DNA of 32,000 nucleotides, from positions 2,040,001 through 2,072,000 of the forward strand of contig NZ_CP045650.1 in NCBI RefSeq assembly GCF_009557235.1, written 5' to 3'. The notes under the pieces are model-generated. The model was not told where the DNA came from. It was given only the letters and a program-made list of their open reading frames with translations, and ran no database searches. The position numbers were made by a program, and so were the translations under genes. Source of the DNA: Acinetobacter wanghuae (lineage in GTDB: Bacteria > Pseudomonadota > Gammaproteobacteria > Pseudomonadales > Moraxellaceae). This document shows positions 17,132 through 27,099 of this stretch, in pieces (within the stretch, counting starts at the first letter, position 1; every line of letters starts with the position of its first letter).

Positions 17132-18139
17132 TTAATGTTGCTGAGTTAAAAGCTTGAGCCTCTGCTGACCCGCATCATATTGATGTTGCTTAAATACCTG
17201 TTGAATTTCAGACAACTTTGCCAAAGTCGCATCGGCACCCGCTTGCATGGTGAGCTCACGACCTCTCACATCAAAAATATGCCCTTTTTCACGTAAATCA
17301 GGTTGGATCACGACATCGGCATGTTTGAGTTCTTCTTGCGCTAAACGATTTTGCATAATATTAATATTTTGGTTAAACAAGCCCCATACATTGGTGGTCT
17401 CGGTATGTTCAGGCTGCGCCAGAATATCGACTGCAATAATAATATCCGCACCTAATTCTCGTGCAACATCTACAGGTACAGGACTGACTAAGCCACCATC
17501 GACATATTCCAAATTTGCAATCGTGGTAGGAATAAACATACTCGGAATAGACACAGATGCACGTACAGCTTGCCCCGTATTGCCGTAGTTAAAAACCACT
17601 TTTTTGCCTTGTTTCAGCTGCGTTGCCACCACGAACATCGGGATTTTCATGGCTTCTAAAGGCGTTTCATCGACTTGTAAATTGACATAATGTTCTACTT
17701 TTTTACCATCAAAAAAACCTTTCATGTCTAGTCGAATATCACGAACATCATTGGCTTTCATGCTCAGCGCGATATTACGTAGTTCAATCGCAGGTTTGCC
17801 ACTGGCATAAATTGAACCCACAATACTGCCTGCACTAGTGCCGACAATAAAATCAGGATGAATACCGGCTTGTTCCAATACTTCAATTGCACCAATGTGG
17901 GCATACCCACGCGCGCCACCACTGCCTAAAACCAAAGCAATCACTGGACGATGCTGAGTCTCTTTAATTTTTTTAAAATCGATCTGATTTGGACGTGCTT
18001 CGGCTACAGTGTGCGATGCCAAAACAGGTTTAATCACAGGTTTTAAGTGCTGACTTTGAGGTGTCGTCTGACAACCCACCAAAATGCATGAAGCAAATGC
18101 CATTAAATTCAACACATGTTTCTGCATGCAGTACGCCAT
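17132..18139 (-). CDS. Patatin-like phospholipase, predicted lipoprotein
   Basis: Oxyanion motif GSGGARG, nucleophile elbow GTSAG, catalytic Asp motif DGG (YVDGGLVSP). N-terminal signal with lipobox LVGC. The start may be ATG 18139 or 18127. Confidence 0.88.
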   Translation of the reverse strand: MAYCMQKHVLNLMAFASCILVGCQTTPQSQHLKPVIKPVLASHTVAEARPNQIDFKKIKETQHRPVIALVLGSGGARGYAHIGAIEVLEQAGIHPDFIVGTSAGSIVGSIYASGKPAIELRNIALSMKANDVRDIRLDMKGFFDGKKVEHYVNLQVDETPLEAMKIPMFVVATQLKQGKKVVFNYGNTGQAVRASVSIPSMFIPTTIANLEYVDGGLVSPVPVDVARELGADIIIAVDILAQPEHTETTNVWGLFNQNINIMQNRLAQEELKHADVVIQPDLREKGHIFDVRGRELTMQAGADATLAKLSEIQQVFKQHQYDAGQQRLKLLTQQH

Positions 18140-18363
18140 CCTTTTAATGTTTTAAAATATCCAGACCATGCGTAATCCAACGTATGGGTGGATGAAGATC
18201 TATTTATTTTGCACATGATCGCCATGTTCAATGCTTGCAATATATAGCACTGGGCTAAAGTTACTGCATGTATGATTATACAGTGGGATCTGGTAGAGAA
18301 GATGAATGCCGTATCGTTTGGCTTTTATCATCAGCATCTTCAAACCCAACGGTATTCTTGCAT

Positions 18364-18394
18364 AAAAAAGCCCCGAAAGTGTCGAGGCTTTTTT
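18364..18394 (-). terminator. Rho-independent terminator after the AGCS symporter gene
   Basis: AAAAAAGCCCCG-AAAGTGT-CGAGGCTTTTTT (one mismatch in the stem), 13 nt after the stop at 18407. A/T flanks on both sides. Confidence 0.8.
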
Positions 18395-18406
18395 ATCAGC
18401 TTAAAA

Positions 18407-19882
18407 TTACCAAATATCCGATTTCACTTTGTCTTTGAATTTCGGATGATTGTCCAATTTAAACTCAGGCTCTTTAACACCACGTTTTAACTGACCAGTA
18501 TAATCTTTCAGCAACATCATGATAAATGGCATCAGCAATAAAATTGCAATTAAGTTAATACTTGCCATCACACCCATGAATAAATCCGCCATGCTCCAGA
18601 TTAATGGCACACTGGCAATAGCGCCAAAGTAAACCATGACCAATACCAAGATACGGAACACCAGCATCATACGTGAGCTACTGTTAATAAATTGGATATT
18701 GCCTTCTGCATAAGCATAGTTACCAATGATGGAAGAATAGGCAAATAAGAACAAAATCAAAGCCAAGAAGTCATCTCCCCACGACCCAATTTGGCTCTCT
18801 AAAGCCATTTGCGTCAAGGCAACCCCTTCAAAGCCCGCATTTTCATACAAACCTGATGCAAGAATGATAATCGCCGTACATGAACATACCACGAAGGTAT
18901 CGACAAATACGCCCAGCATTTGCACCAAGCCCTGATTCACAGGATGCTTCACATCCGATGCCGCAGCAGCATTCGGTGCTGAACCCATACCCGCTTCATT
19001 AGAGAATAAGCCACGCTTAATGCCCATCATCATTGCCATTGAAATCATGGCACCGAAGAAGCCACCTGCAGCTGCTTCAAATTCAAAAGCTTTGCTAAAG
19101 ATGAGTTGGAAAATAGATGGCAAGATATCAAAGTTAATCACGGCAATGTAAAGCGCCACCATCAAATACAGAATGGCCATAAATGGCACAAAACTCTCTG
19201 CGACTTTGGCAATTCGCTTAATACCGCCAAAAATAATCGCAGCCGTCATGATGACCAACACCAAACCTAACCATGAAATCTCGAAGTCAAAACCACCCAA
19301 AGGCAACATGACATTGGCTTGATCCCACCCCCACGCATGTGAGGTTGCACCAATAATGGCATTGGCTTGCACTGCATTAAATACAAAACCATAAGTTAAA
19401 ATTAAAGCAACGGCAAAAACCACGCCTAACCATTTTTGCTTTAGGCCTTGAGTAATGTAATACGCAGGTCCACCACGGAACTGCTTATTTTCGGTATCAC
19501 GAATTTTGAATAACTGCGCAAGGGAAGATTCTACAAAAGCTGAACTCATCCCTAAAAATGCTGTTAACCACATCCAGAACACGGCACCGGGCCCACCAAT
19601 CGCAATCGCGATGGCAACACCGGCCACATTACCCACACCAACACGGCTGGCTAAACCTGTTACAAACGCCTGAAAAGGGGTAATACCATGCACGTCATCA
19701 CATTTCGTACGACTGCCTTTCATGACTTTTACACTGTGCCAAAACAGACGAATCTGTACGGCACCAGTGGCGATGGTGTAAAACACACCAACCACCACCA
19801 AAAAGACAACGAGAAAATCCCAAAGCGGACCATTTAACGCATTCACCCAAGACAACAGGGTTTCATTCCACTGATCACTCAT
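18407..19882 (-). CDS. Alanine/glycine:cation symporter (AGCS family)
   Basis: The family signature GGPGAVFWMW is present, with about 11 TM segments and a typical N-terminus (LNGPLWDFLVVFLVVVGVFYT). Confidence 0.9.
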   Translation of the reverse strand: MSDQWNETLLSWVNALNGPLWDFLVVFLVVVGVFYTIATGAVQIRLFWHSVKVMKGSRTKCDDVHGITPFQAFVTGLASRVGVGNVAGVAIAIAIGGPGAVFWMWLTAFLGMSSAFVESSLAQLFKIRDTENKQFRGGPAYYITQGLKQKWLGVVFAVALILTYGFVFNAVQANAIIGATSHAWGWDQANVMLPLGGFDFEISWLGLVLVIMTAAIIFGGIKRIAKVAESFVPFMAILYLMVALYIAVINFDILPSIFQLIFSKAFEFEAAAGGFFGAMISMAMMMGIKRGLFSNEAGMGSAPNAAAASDVKHPVNQGLVQMLGVFVDTFVVCSCTAIIILASGLYENAGFEGVALTQMALESQIGSWGDDFLALILFLFAYSSIIGNYAYAEGNIQFINSSSRMMLVFRILVLVMVYFGAIASVPLIWSMADLFMGVMASINLIAILLLMPFIMMLLKDYTGQLKRGVKEPEFKLDNHPKFKDKVKSDIW

Positions 19883-19931
19883 TTGGCGATTCCTTATTCA
19901 TTTCTAAATTAATGACTTAATCCAATTTAAC

Positions 19932-21170
19932 TTATGCAAAGAATTTCAAAATCATTTGAATCACGGTTGCATTAATTAAATCGACAAAGAATGCGCCACA
20001 GAGTGGAACGATTAAAAAGGCTTTATGCGATGGACCATACATGTTGGTAATCGCTTGCATGTTCGCAACAGCGGTTGGCGTTGCACCCATACCAAAACCA
20101 CAATGACCCGCAGCCAATACCGCAGCGTCGTAGTTTTTACCCATGACACGGAAGGTCACAAATGCAGCATAAAGACCCATCGTGATGGTTTGTGCACCTA
20201 AAATCACCATAAGCGGACCTGCAAGATCTGCCAATTGCCATAATTTAAGGGATAACAATGCCATCGCTAAGTAGAGCGATAAAGAAGCATTACCAAACAC
20301 GTCGATTGCACGGTCAAAGATTTGAACCTTAAAAATCCCCTCAAGGATATTACGGATTAAAACACCACCCGCCAATGCCCATACGAAGGTTGGCAATTCA
20401 AACATGGTTCCTTTGCTAAAGCCCGTCATAAACTCAGCAAACGCCAAACAACCAGCAAATAAACCTAAAGTGGTAATCGCATTGTCTGAGGTAATCAAAC
20501 GGACACGATGTGGATATTCAAATGGCACATATTCAGTCGAATTAATATCAACAGGTGCATTGTGGCGTGTCTCGATTTGAGTACCACTACGAGGCGTCGC
20601 CAAACTATGGCGATTAATCAGCAATTTCGCTAAAGGTCCACCAATAATTCCACCGATAATCAAGCCGAAGGTTGCGCTTGCCATACCCAGTGCTAAAGCA
20701 CCTTGAATACCATGCTGAACTTCGAAAATCTCACCCCATGCACCCGCAGTACCATGACCACCTGTCAAGGTAATTGAACCTGCAATCAAACCAATTAAAG
20801 GATCAATACCGAGTAATGTTGCCAGTGTCATACCGACACCATTTTGCACAACGATGAAAACAGAGACCGTTACTAAGAAAATAACGAGACCAATACCACC
20901 TTCACGCAACTTGGCAAAGTTTGCACTTAAACCAATGGAGGCAAAGAAAATTAACATGAAACTGGTTTGAAGCTCAGCACTGGTCGTAATGCTGTAACCC
21001 CAAAAGTTATGGACAAGTAATGAGAGAATTGCAGCGACAAGTCCGCCTGCAACAGGCTCAGGAATATTGTACCGTTTTAAAAAATCGATTTTATTTACCA
21101 AAAATCGTCCAAGCAATAACACAATTACTGCTGCGATCAAGGTATAAAATGCGTTAAAAGTAAAATCCAT
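19932..21170 (-). CDS. gltS: Sodium/glutamate symporter
   Basis: The N-terminus LLLGRFLVNKIDFLKRYNIPEPVAGGL mirrors E. coli GltS (LLLGRKLVHSVSFLKKYTIPEPVAGGL) as I recall it. It is 412 aa and polytopic. Confidence 0.9.
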   Translation of the reverse strand: MDFTFNAFYTLIAAVIVLLLGRFLVNKIDFLKRYNIPEPVAGGLVAAILSLLVHNFWGYSITTSAELQTSFMLIFFASIGLSANFAKLREGGIGLVIFLVTVSVFIVVQNGVGMTLATLLGIDPLIGLIAGSITLTGGHGTAGAWGEIFEVQHGIQGALALGMASATFGLIIGGIIGGPLAKLLINRHSLATPRSGTQIETRHNAPVDINSTEYVPFEYPHRVRLITSDNAITTLGLFAGCLAFAEFMTGFSKGTMFELPTFVWALAGGVLIRNILEGIFKVQIFDRAIDVFGNASLSLYLAMALLSLKLWQLADLAGPLMVILGAQTITMGLYAAFVTFRVMGKNYDAAVLAAGHCGFGMGATPTAVANMQAITNMYGPSHKAFLIVPLCGAFFVDLINATVIQMILKFFA

Positions 21171-22020
21171 AAATATTTGCCCAAGATGATTTTGAACTTC
21201 TCATTTTTAAAATTGTGTTTACAGCATAAAATTTGAATTGCAGCTCAGCATAAATTTCACCATACAACTCAGTTTTAAAAACCCAAAATTAATCCATTCA
21301 CCCGATTCAAACGAATGAATACAATTTCAACAATTGCACCCATCTAAGAGAGATTAACAAAAGTACCGTGTTGAACATTATCTGCAATGTCACCCGTCTT
21401 ATTCTAAATATATATTTAAAAAAGTAAGACCGACATCTTAGATAAACCAACACAAACGATAAGACCGTACTTTCAACCTAAGTGACTTTCACAAGCCATT
21501 GGAATAATGATATTTCAAAATATTTTATCCACTCATTTACCTATGCATGCAAGCATATGTAAAAGAATGGAAAGTCGCACATTATGCTGTGTCTTGAGAT
21601 AAAGTTTTATTGTATTTTATTAACAATAATCATAAAACACATAAAAAATTATTATAAGTCACGTTTTGAGCAACTTCCCTATTCTTCATAATTTATTGTA
21701 AATGAATAGAAATGTAGCGTTTTTTTTGAGTTTAGTTAAATAATTATTACAAATCTACGATCTAAAACATCTTGTAATTGAATTTCAGAATAGAAATACA
21801 TAAACGATTTACCCACCCATCAAGGCACTTACCCCACTAAAGTTCAATCTATTCATCAGACATGCTTCTGATGAAAGCTTGTGCTATAAGAAAGTAAGGT
21901 TGGTGAAATCAATTCAGTCTCAACCCTAGCGACATTTGAACTCAAAGCATGACTAATGTGTAGGTAAATTTAGATGCTTAGGATTAAACAATAACAATCA
22001 ATCTCTATGGACAATACAAC

Positions 22021-22725
22021 ATGGATCAGCAACATGTAAATCTCGTCGATCAGGTCATTACATCTCGTCATTCGGTACGGGCTTTTTTAGATACCCCGAT
22101 AAGCAAAGAAACCTTAACAGACATTCTAAAGGTGGCAAGTCGCGCGCCTTCTGGCACCAATTCACAGCCTTGGAAAGTGTATGTGGTTACAGGCGAAAAA
22201 CGTGCTGAAATTATTAAACAGGTATGCAAAGCGCAAATGGAGATCTTTAACCAGCCAGAACTTAGCAAAAAATATACAGAAACATTTGCGTACTACCCCG
22301 AAAAATGGCTATCGCCCTTCATAGAGCGTCGCCGTGAAAATGGTTGGGGGCTGTATGGGTTGTTAAATATTCAAAAGGGCGACAAACAGAAAATGGCACG
22401 CCAACAAATGAGAAATTTTGAATTTTTTGATGCGCCTGTGGGTTTATTTTTTACGGTGCATGAATCGTTAGGCATTGGTTCAAAAATGGATGCATCTATG
22501 ATGATTCAAAACGTGATGCTTGCCGCGAAAGCACGCGGTATAGACAGCTGTCCGCAAGCCGCATGGAATCAATTCCACAGTATTATTTTAAAAATTTTAG
22601 GCGCACCTGAGGATGAAGAGCTGATTTGCGGCATGTCACTCGGTTATGCAGACCCAGCACATATTGTGAATACCTTTATTACTCCACGTGTGCCCGTTGA
22701 AGAATTTACGATATTTGTCGACTAA
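22021..22725 (+). CDS. Nitroreductase family (FMN-dependent) oxidoreductase
   Basis: SRHSVRAF near the N-terminus, SRAPSGTNSQPW, and C-terminal GMSLGYAD match the nitroreductase fold pattern. Confidence 0.85.
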   Translation: MDQQHVNLVDQVITSRHSVRAFLDTPISKETLTDILKVASRAPSGTNSQPWKVYVVTGEKRAEIIKQVCKAQMEIFNQPELSKKYTETFAYYPEKWLSPFIERRRENGWGLYGLLNIQKGDKQKMARQQMRNFEFFDAPVGLFFTVHESLGIGSKMDASMMIQNVMLAAKARGIDSCPQAAWNQFHSIILKILGAPEDEELICGMSLGYADPAHIVNTFITPRVPVEEFTIFVD

Positions 22726-22747
22726 ATAGCATTCTTGATCAAATATC

Positions 22748-22783
22748 TTAACCATCAAGATTGTCCGTCACCTTGATGGTTAA
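22748..22783. terminator. Shared hairpin between the convergent nitroreductase and Bcr/CflA genes
   Basis: Perfect 12-bp stem TTAACCATCAAG / CTTGATGGTTAA with a 12-nt loop. It ends 3 nt from the minus-strand stop at 22787. No clean U-tract, so terminator function is an inference. Confidence 0.5.
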
Positions 22784-22786
22784 TAG

Positions 22787-23980
22787 CTAAACTTTTTTCA
22801 GATTGAAAATCGTGAATGATGCAATGACCACAAACAGGCTCATTACTAATGCCATATTCAACAGCGCATTCCACATCATAAAGTTCAGCAACACACCGCC
22901 AAGCAAGCCACACATAAATTGTGCACTGCCCATTACCGCACTTGCTGTACCTGCTCGTGCACCTTGTTCAGCCATAGCCAATGCCATCGCATTAGGTCCT
23001 GTAAAACCAATCGCTGCCACCACCATAAACATGGCACATAACACAGGAATGACGGAATCCAATTGTGCGATACCGAGCACAATCAGTGCGATCACGCCCA
23101 ATATTTGCAAGGACGTGCCTATTTTTAAACGTGAGGTGACATGCACACGGTGCGCAATGTGTTTATTTAAAGTGGAAAACAGCATAATACCGATGGCATT
23201 GGCACCAAAAGCAAAACCAAATTGCTGGTGAGTCAAATGATAATGATCCATTAAAATTGCAGAAGAGGCACTGATATAACAAAACAGCACTGCACTTGAA
23301 AAACAACCCGCCATCATCGGACGACGGAAGCTGTTATCTTGCACAATTGAGGCATATAAGCTAATCACTTGTTTAAAATTTAACGTGAGACGGCGTTCGG
23401 GCTCTAGCGTTTCTTTAAAAAAGAAATGAACGCAAGCCAAACTGATTAAACCGCAAAGCATCAATACAACAAAAATGATATGCCAATTAAAAAAGACGAG
23501 AACCCACGCACCTAAACTTGGCGCAACAATCGGTGCAATGGTGGTCACAATCATCATACTGGCGAATGCTTGCGCAGACGCCTGTAAATCTAAACGATCA
23601 CGAATGGCAGCACGTGCAATAACCACACCCACACAGCCACCTAATGCTTGTAAGATCCGTGCTGCAATCAAACTCCATTCATCTTGCGCTAAAACACAAA
23701 GTAAACTCGCAACGATATAAAGACATAAGCCAAAATAAAGCGGTGGTTTACGTCCAATTCGATCACTAATTGGACCATAAATGAGCTGCCCAATGGCAAG
23801 CCCTAAAAAGTAAGCCGGAAGACTGTTAGACACCATTTGGGTCGTGACCCCAAAGTCTTTCGCCATATCGGGTAATGCCGATAAATACATATCAATCGAC
23901 AAGGGTCCTAAAGCGGTTAATAACGCAAGGAGAAGAATCCACGTATTGGAGTATTGTTTTTTTATTGGTTGAACTTTCAT
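22787..23980 (-). CDS. MFS drug:H+ antiporter, Bcr/CflA subfamily
   Basis: LGPLSIDMYLSALPDMA and GPISDRIGRKP motifs are typical of Bcr/CflA (DHA1). 12-TM profile. Confidence 0.88.
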   Translation of the reverse strand: MKVQPIKKQYSNTWILLLALLTALGPLSIDMYLSALPDMAKDFGVTTQMVSNSLPAYFLGLAIGQLIYGPISDRIGRKPPLYFGLCLYIVASLLCVLAQDEWSLIAARILQALGGCVGVVIARAAIRDRLDLQASAQAFASMMIVTTIAPIVAPSLGAWVLVFFNWHIIFVVLMLCGLISLACVHFFFKETLEPERRLTLNFKQVISLYASIVQDNSFRRPMMAGCFSSAVLFCYISASSAILMDHYHLTHQQFGFAFGANAIGIMLFSTLNKHIAHRVHVTSRLKIGTSLQILGVIALIVLGIAQLDSVIPVLCAMFMVVAAIGFTGPNAMALAMAEQGARAGTASAVMGSAQFMCGLLGGVLLNFMMWNALLNMALVMSLFVVIASFTIFNLKKV

Positions 23981-24119
23981 GAGAATAATGACGGATTCTA
24001 CAAAGTGTTTGCAGACAAGTTTACACCAGACATAGTATTATTTACCGATATAACTGTGACTCTCTTCACTTTCTCCCCATTTCTACCTGCTTCACCCTAT
24101 TTTCTGGCAAGGATTACTC

Positions 24120-26294
24120 TTGAACTCTTGGCTCGCGCGTCTAAAGCAAAAGACGTATAACACGACCTTTATGTATAACCTGCGTTTAATTATCGCTTTC
24201 GCAGGAACGGCTTTTGTTCCCTACTATCTAGACATGCAAATCGCAACGATTCCCCTCTCTCTCGGGGTGGTTGCGGCAGGTTTAAGTGATATTGATGATC
24301 GCTTCTCTGTGCGTATCATGAATTCACTCTACACCTATATTGGTTTTTTTATTACAGGTGTGTGTATTTATATACTGTTTCCCCACCCTGTTCTATTCGC
24401 CATTGGTCTACTTGTTGCCTGTGTCGGCTTTATTTTACTTGGCTCTCTTGGAAGGCGCTATTCGAGTATCTCGTACGGCTGTCTGGTCGCCTCGGTGTAC
24501 GCCATGCTGGGTGTCGAACTGTTTGATAACTGGTATACGCAAGCCACTTTGCTGTTTATTGGCGGTGCTTGGTACGGATTATTATCGACCATTAGCTTTT
24601 TATTGTTCCCTGCGCGCCAAGCGCAAGACAATCTTGCCGAATGCTATTCATCTTTAGGGGACTTTTTATTCTCCAAATCCGATCTCTTTGATGTCGATAT
24701 GACCGCAAAAAGTTATCAACAGAGCATGATTGAAGTCTCTTTAAAGAACAGTCAGCTGAATAATATCTTTAATGAGATGAAAACGGTCCTACTCACGCGT
24801 CTTAAAGGCGACCGTGGGCAAAAAGATACCCGTCGCAGCTTACAATATTATTTTGTTGCATTGGACATTCATGAACGTGCTGACTCTGCACATACCGATT
24901 ATCAAAAATTGGTTAAAGTATTTGAACACAGTGATATTTTATTCCGCTTCCAACGCATTTTGTTTTTGCAAGCCAAAGCCTGTAAAGACTTAAGTAACAG
25001 TATTTTTAAACGTACGACTTATGAACACAACAAACGTTTTGAACATAGTCTTGCCAATTTAAAACAATCGCTCGATAAACTACGTAGCGAAAAACAATAT
25101 GCCCCCGATTGGATCAATGCCCTGTTTTCTTTGTACGAAAACCTAAAAGCCATTGACGCACAATTACAAAACGTCGAGACCGAACGGCATATTCTGCTCG
25201 ACAAAAAGAACCCTGTACTCAATCAACTTAAAGATGATGATCTGAAAGGCTGGGAAGATATTAAGGTTCGTATAAAACAGCATTTAACACCTGAATCGGT
25301 ACTGTTCCGTCATGCCATTCGTTTATCACTGGTGCTGTTTATGGGTAACTTGGTGGTGCAATTTACCGATGTACAGTATGGCTACTGGATTTTATTAACC
25401 TCGTTATTTGTTTGCTTACCCAACTTTAATGCCACCAAACGTCGACTCTATACCCGGATGATGGGGACGCTGGTCGGGATTATTATTGGCGATATTATTC
25501 TTTACTTCATTCCGTCTTTAGAAGGTCAGCTTATTTTCCTCATTATCGGCGGGACGTTATTCTTAAGTTTACGTAGTAAACAGTATGCGCATGCCACTGC
25601 CTTTATTACCATTTTGGCACTCATTAACTTTAACCTCGATGGTACAGGCTCTATGGCATCTGTACCACGAATGCTCGACACGCTCATTGGTTGTGCGATT
25701 GCATGGTTCGGTGTGAGCTTCATTTTCCCCGATTGGAAATTCCGTCGCCTTCCCCGTACCATCAACCGTTCATTGCAAGCCCAGTGTGATTATTTAAGCG
25801 AAGTCACCACACAGTATAAATCGGGTTATAACCATGGCCTAAATTATCGTATGGTACGCCGTGCTGCACACAACACTGAAGCTGAAGTGGCATCACTGAT
25901 TTCAACATTAGCGACTGAGCCTGATTTTGATCCTAAAGAAAAAACCCTCGCCTTTGAGTTCTTGTGTTTAAACCATACCTTTATGAGCTACATTGCTGCT
26001 TTGGGCGCGCATCGTGAGCAAATTCAAGATCAAGAGGTTATTCAGTTGATGGAAGATGCGCTCGCGCAGATTCAAGCGACATTATTACGTGACGAAGCGC
26101 TTGACTTCAATATTGATGAACGTTTGCAAAATATTCGTCAGCGTTTGGTGCAAAGTATTCCTGAAGATCATAAATCGCTGATTATCTTGCAACAAGTCTC
26201 TTTGATTTTCAGTATTTTGAAACAGCTCAATCGTTTAAAACAGACGTTAAGCCATGAAGGCACCGATAAACCTGCACAATCAGTCGCAATATAA
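24120..26294 (+). CDS. YccS/YhfK-type (FUSC superfamily) integral membrane protein
   Basis: Two polytopic membrane blocks are separated by a long helical cytoplasmic region. The N-terminus YNLRLIIAFAGTAFVPYYL resembles E. coli YccS. The start is TTG 24120; no upstream ATG is in frame. Confidence 0.8.
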   Translation: MNSWLARLKQKTYNTTFMYNLRLIIAFAGTAFVPYYLDMQIATIPLSLGVVAAGLSDIDDRFSVRIMNSLYTYIGFFITGVCIYILFPHPVLFAIGLLVACVGFILLGSLGRRYSSISYGCLVASVYAMLGVELFDNWYTQATLLFIGGAWYGLLSTISFLLFPARQAQDNLAECYSSLGDFLFSKSDLFDVDMTAKSYQQSMIEVSLKNSQLNNIFNEMKTVLLTRLKGDRGQKDTRRSLQYYFVALDIHERADSAHTDYQKLVKVFEHSDILFRFQRILFLQAKACKDLSNSIFKRTTYEHNKRFEHSLANLKQSLDKLRSEKQYAPDWINALFSLYENLKAIDAQLQNVETERHILLDKKNPVLNQLKDDDLKGWEDIKVRIKQHLTPESVLFRHAIRLSLVLFMGNLVVQFTDVQYGYWILLTSLFVCLPNFNATKRRLYTRMMGTLVGIIIGDIILYFIPSLEGQLIFLIIGGTLFLSLRSKQYAHATAFITILALINFNLDGTGSMASVPRMLDTLIGCAIAWFGVSFIFPDWKFRRLPRTINRSLQAQCDYLSEVTTQYKSGYNHGLNYRMVRRAAHNTEAEVASLISTLATEPDFDPKEKTLAFEFLCLNHTFMSYIAALGAHREQIQDQEVIQLMEDALAQIQATLLRDEALDFNIDERLQNIRQRLVQSIPEDHKSLIILQQVSLIFSILKQLNRLKQTLSHEGTDKPAQSVAI

Positions 26295-26379
26295 TTTGGC
26301 TGATTTTGAAACAATATACTCACTGAATAGGCACAAATAATGCTAAACTTTTTACAGTTTTAAATCTGTTAATTTCATT

Positions 26380-26940
26380 ATGACCGCCAAAAATGTATAC
26401 GCTTATAGTTTACAACCTGTGAACTATGAAATTTCTGAACAAGAGCAGCGCAATGCTCAACTCGCGCTGTCTCGTAGCAACTTCAAAATCGGCCAAAAAG
26501 CATGGTTGATTATGGGTGCGATTATTGCTCTTGCAATCTTGGGCTTGATCTTCATCAAAAACTACTCAACCATTTTTTGTTGGGTAGCGATTGTTTGTGT
26601 CGTGATTTACTTTTTAGTCCGCAAATTCGGGATTGAATGGTATGCCAAACGCAAACTGAATGAAGTTCCTGTGCAAGAAATTAAAGGGCTACGCATGGGT
26701 GTACAACCACATGGTATTTCAATGCAGCAACGTGTCGGTGCCAATATGGGTACAATGACTGTGGGCTGGAAAGATATTCATGAATGGTATGACACACCTG
26801 AATTTATTCTTGTCAATTTCAAAGTCAAAGGTCAAGATGGTGCTTATATCTTGCCAAAACGTATGGACAGCAATAAATTCCCATTCAGCACGATTCGTAA
26901 ACATTTAAATGAAGAAGTAGGCGCAGCGAAAAAAATCTAA
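26380..26940 (+). CDS. Hypothetical membrane protein, YcxB-like
   Basis: Two adjacent TM helices (WLIMGAIIALAILGLIF, FCWVAIVCVVIYFLV) followed by a C-terminal soluble beta-rich domain. A terminator lies downstream. Family assignment is tentative. Confidence 0.65.
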   Translation: MTAKNVYAYSLQPVNYEISEQEQRNAQLALSRSNFKIGQKAWLIMGAIIALAILGLIFIKNYSTIFCWVAIVCVVIYFLVRKFGIEWYAKRKLNEVPVQEIKGLRMGVQPHGISMQQRVGANMGTMTVGWKDIHEWYDTPEFILVNFKVKGQDGAYILPKRMDSNKFPFSTIRKHLNEEVGAAKKI

Positions 26941-26954
26941 GCGCTCCACTTTTC

Positions 26955-26990
26955 AAAAAAACCTCCAGTTTCGACTTGGAGGTTTTTTTT
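26955..26990 (+). terminator. Rho-independent terminator
   Basis: A-run, stem ACCTCCA / TGGAGGT with a 9-nt loop, then T8. Lies 15 nt after the stop at 26940. Confidence 0.8.
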
Positions 26991-27005
26991 AACTTAAATG
27001 CAAAT

Positions 27006-27024
27006 GAGAATGAAAATTATTTGT
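27006..27024. promoter_or_regulatory. Fur-box-like sequence upstream of the PepSY/flavoprotein gene
   Basis: GAGAATGAAAATTATTTGT matches 13 of 19 positions of GATAATGATAATCATTATC in my hand alignment. It lies 76 nt upstream of ATG 27100. Confidence 0.35.
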
Positions 27025-27099
27025 AAAATTCATTACAGCTCATAAATGTTCCGTTATACTTCGCACATCTCTTGATATTTATTCGTTATATTCACGATT

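Noticed and set aside
19883-19931. Possible glycine or amino-acid riboswitch or leader upstream of the AGCS symporter
   Set aside because: Only 49 nt separate it from the gltS stop, which is too short for a riboswitch, and I saw no conserved structure. The two symporters are more likely co-transcribed.
21424-21468. The octamer TAAGACCG occurs twice, about 37 nt apart, in the long intergenic gap, and AGCATAAA(A)TTT is duplicated at about 21223 and 21247
   Set aside because: These are too short to distinguish from chance and lack dyad symmetry. I mention them only as possible binding sites if the region proves to be regulated.
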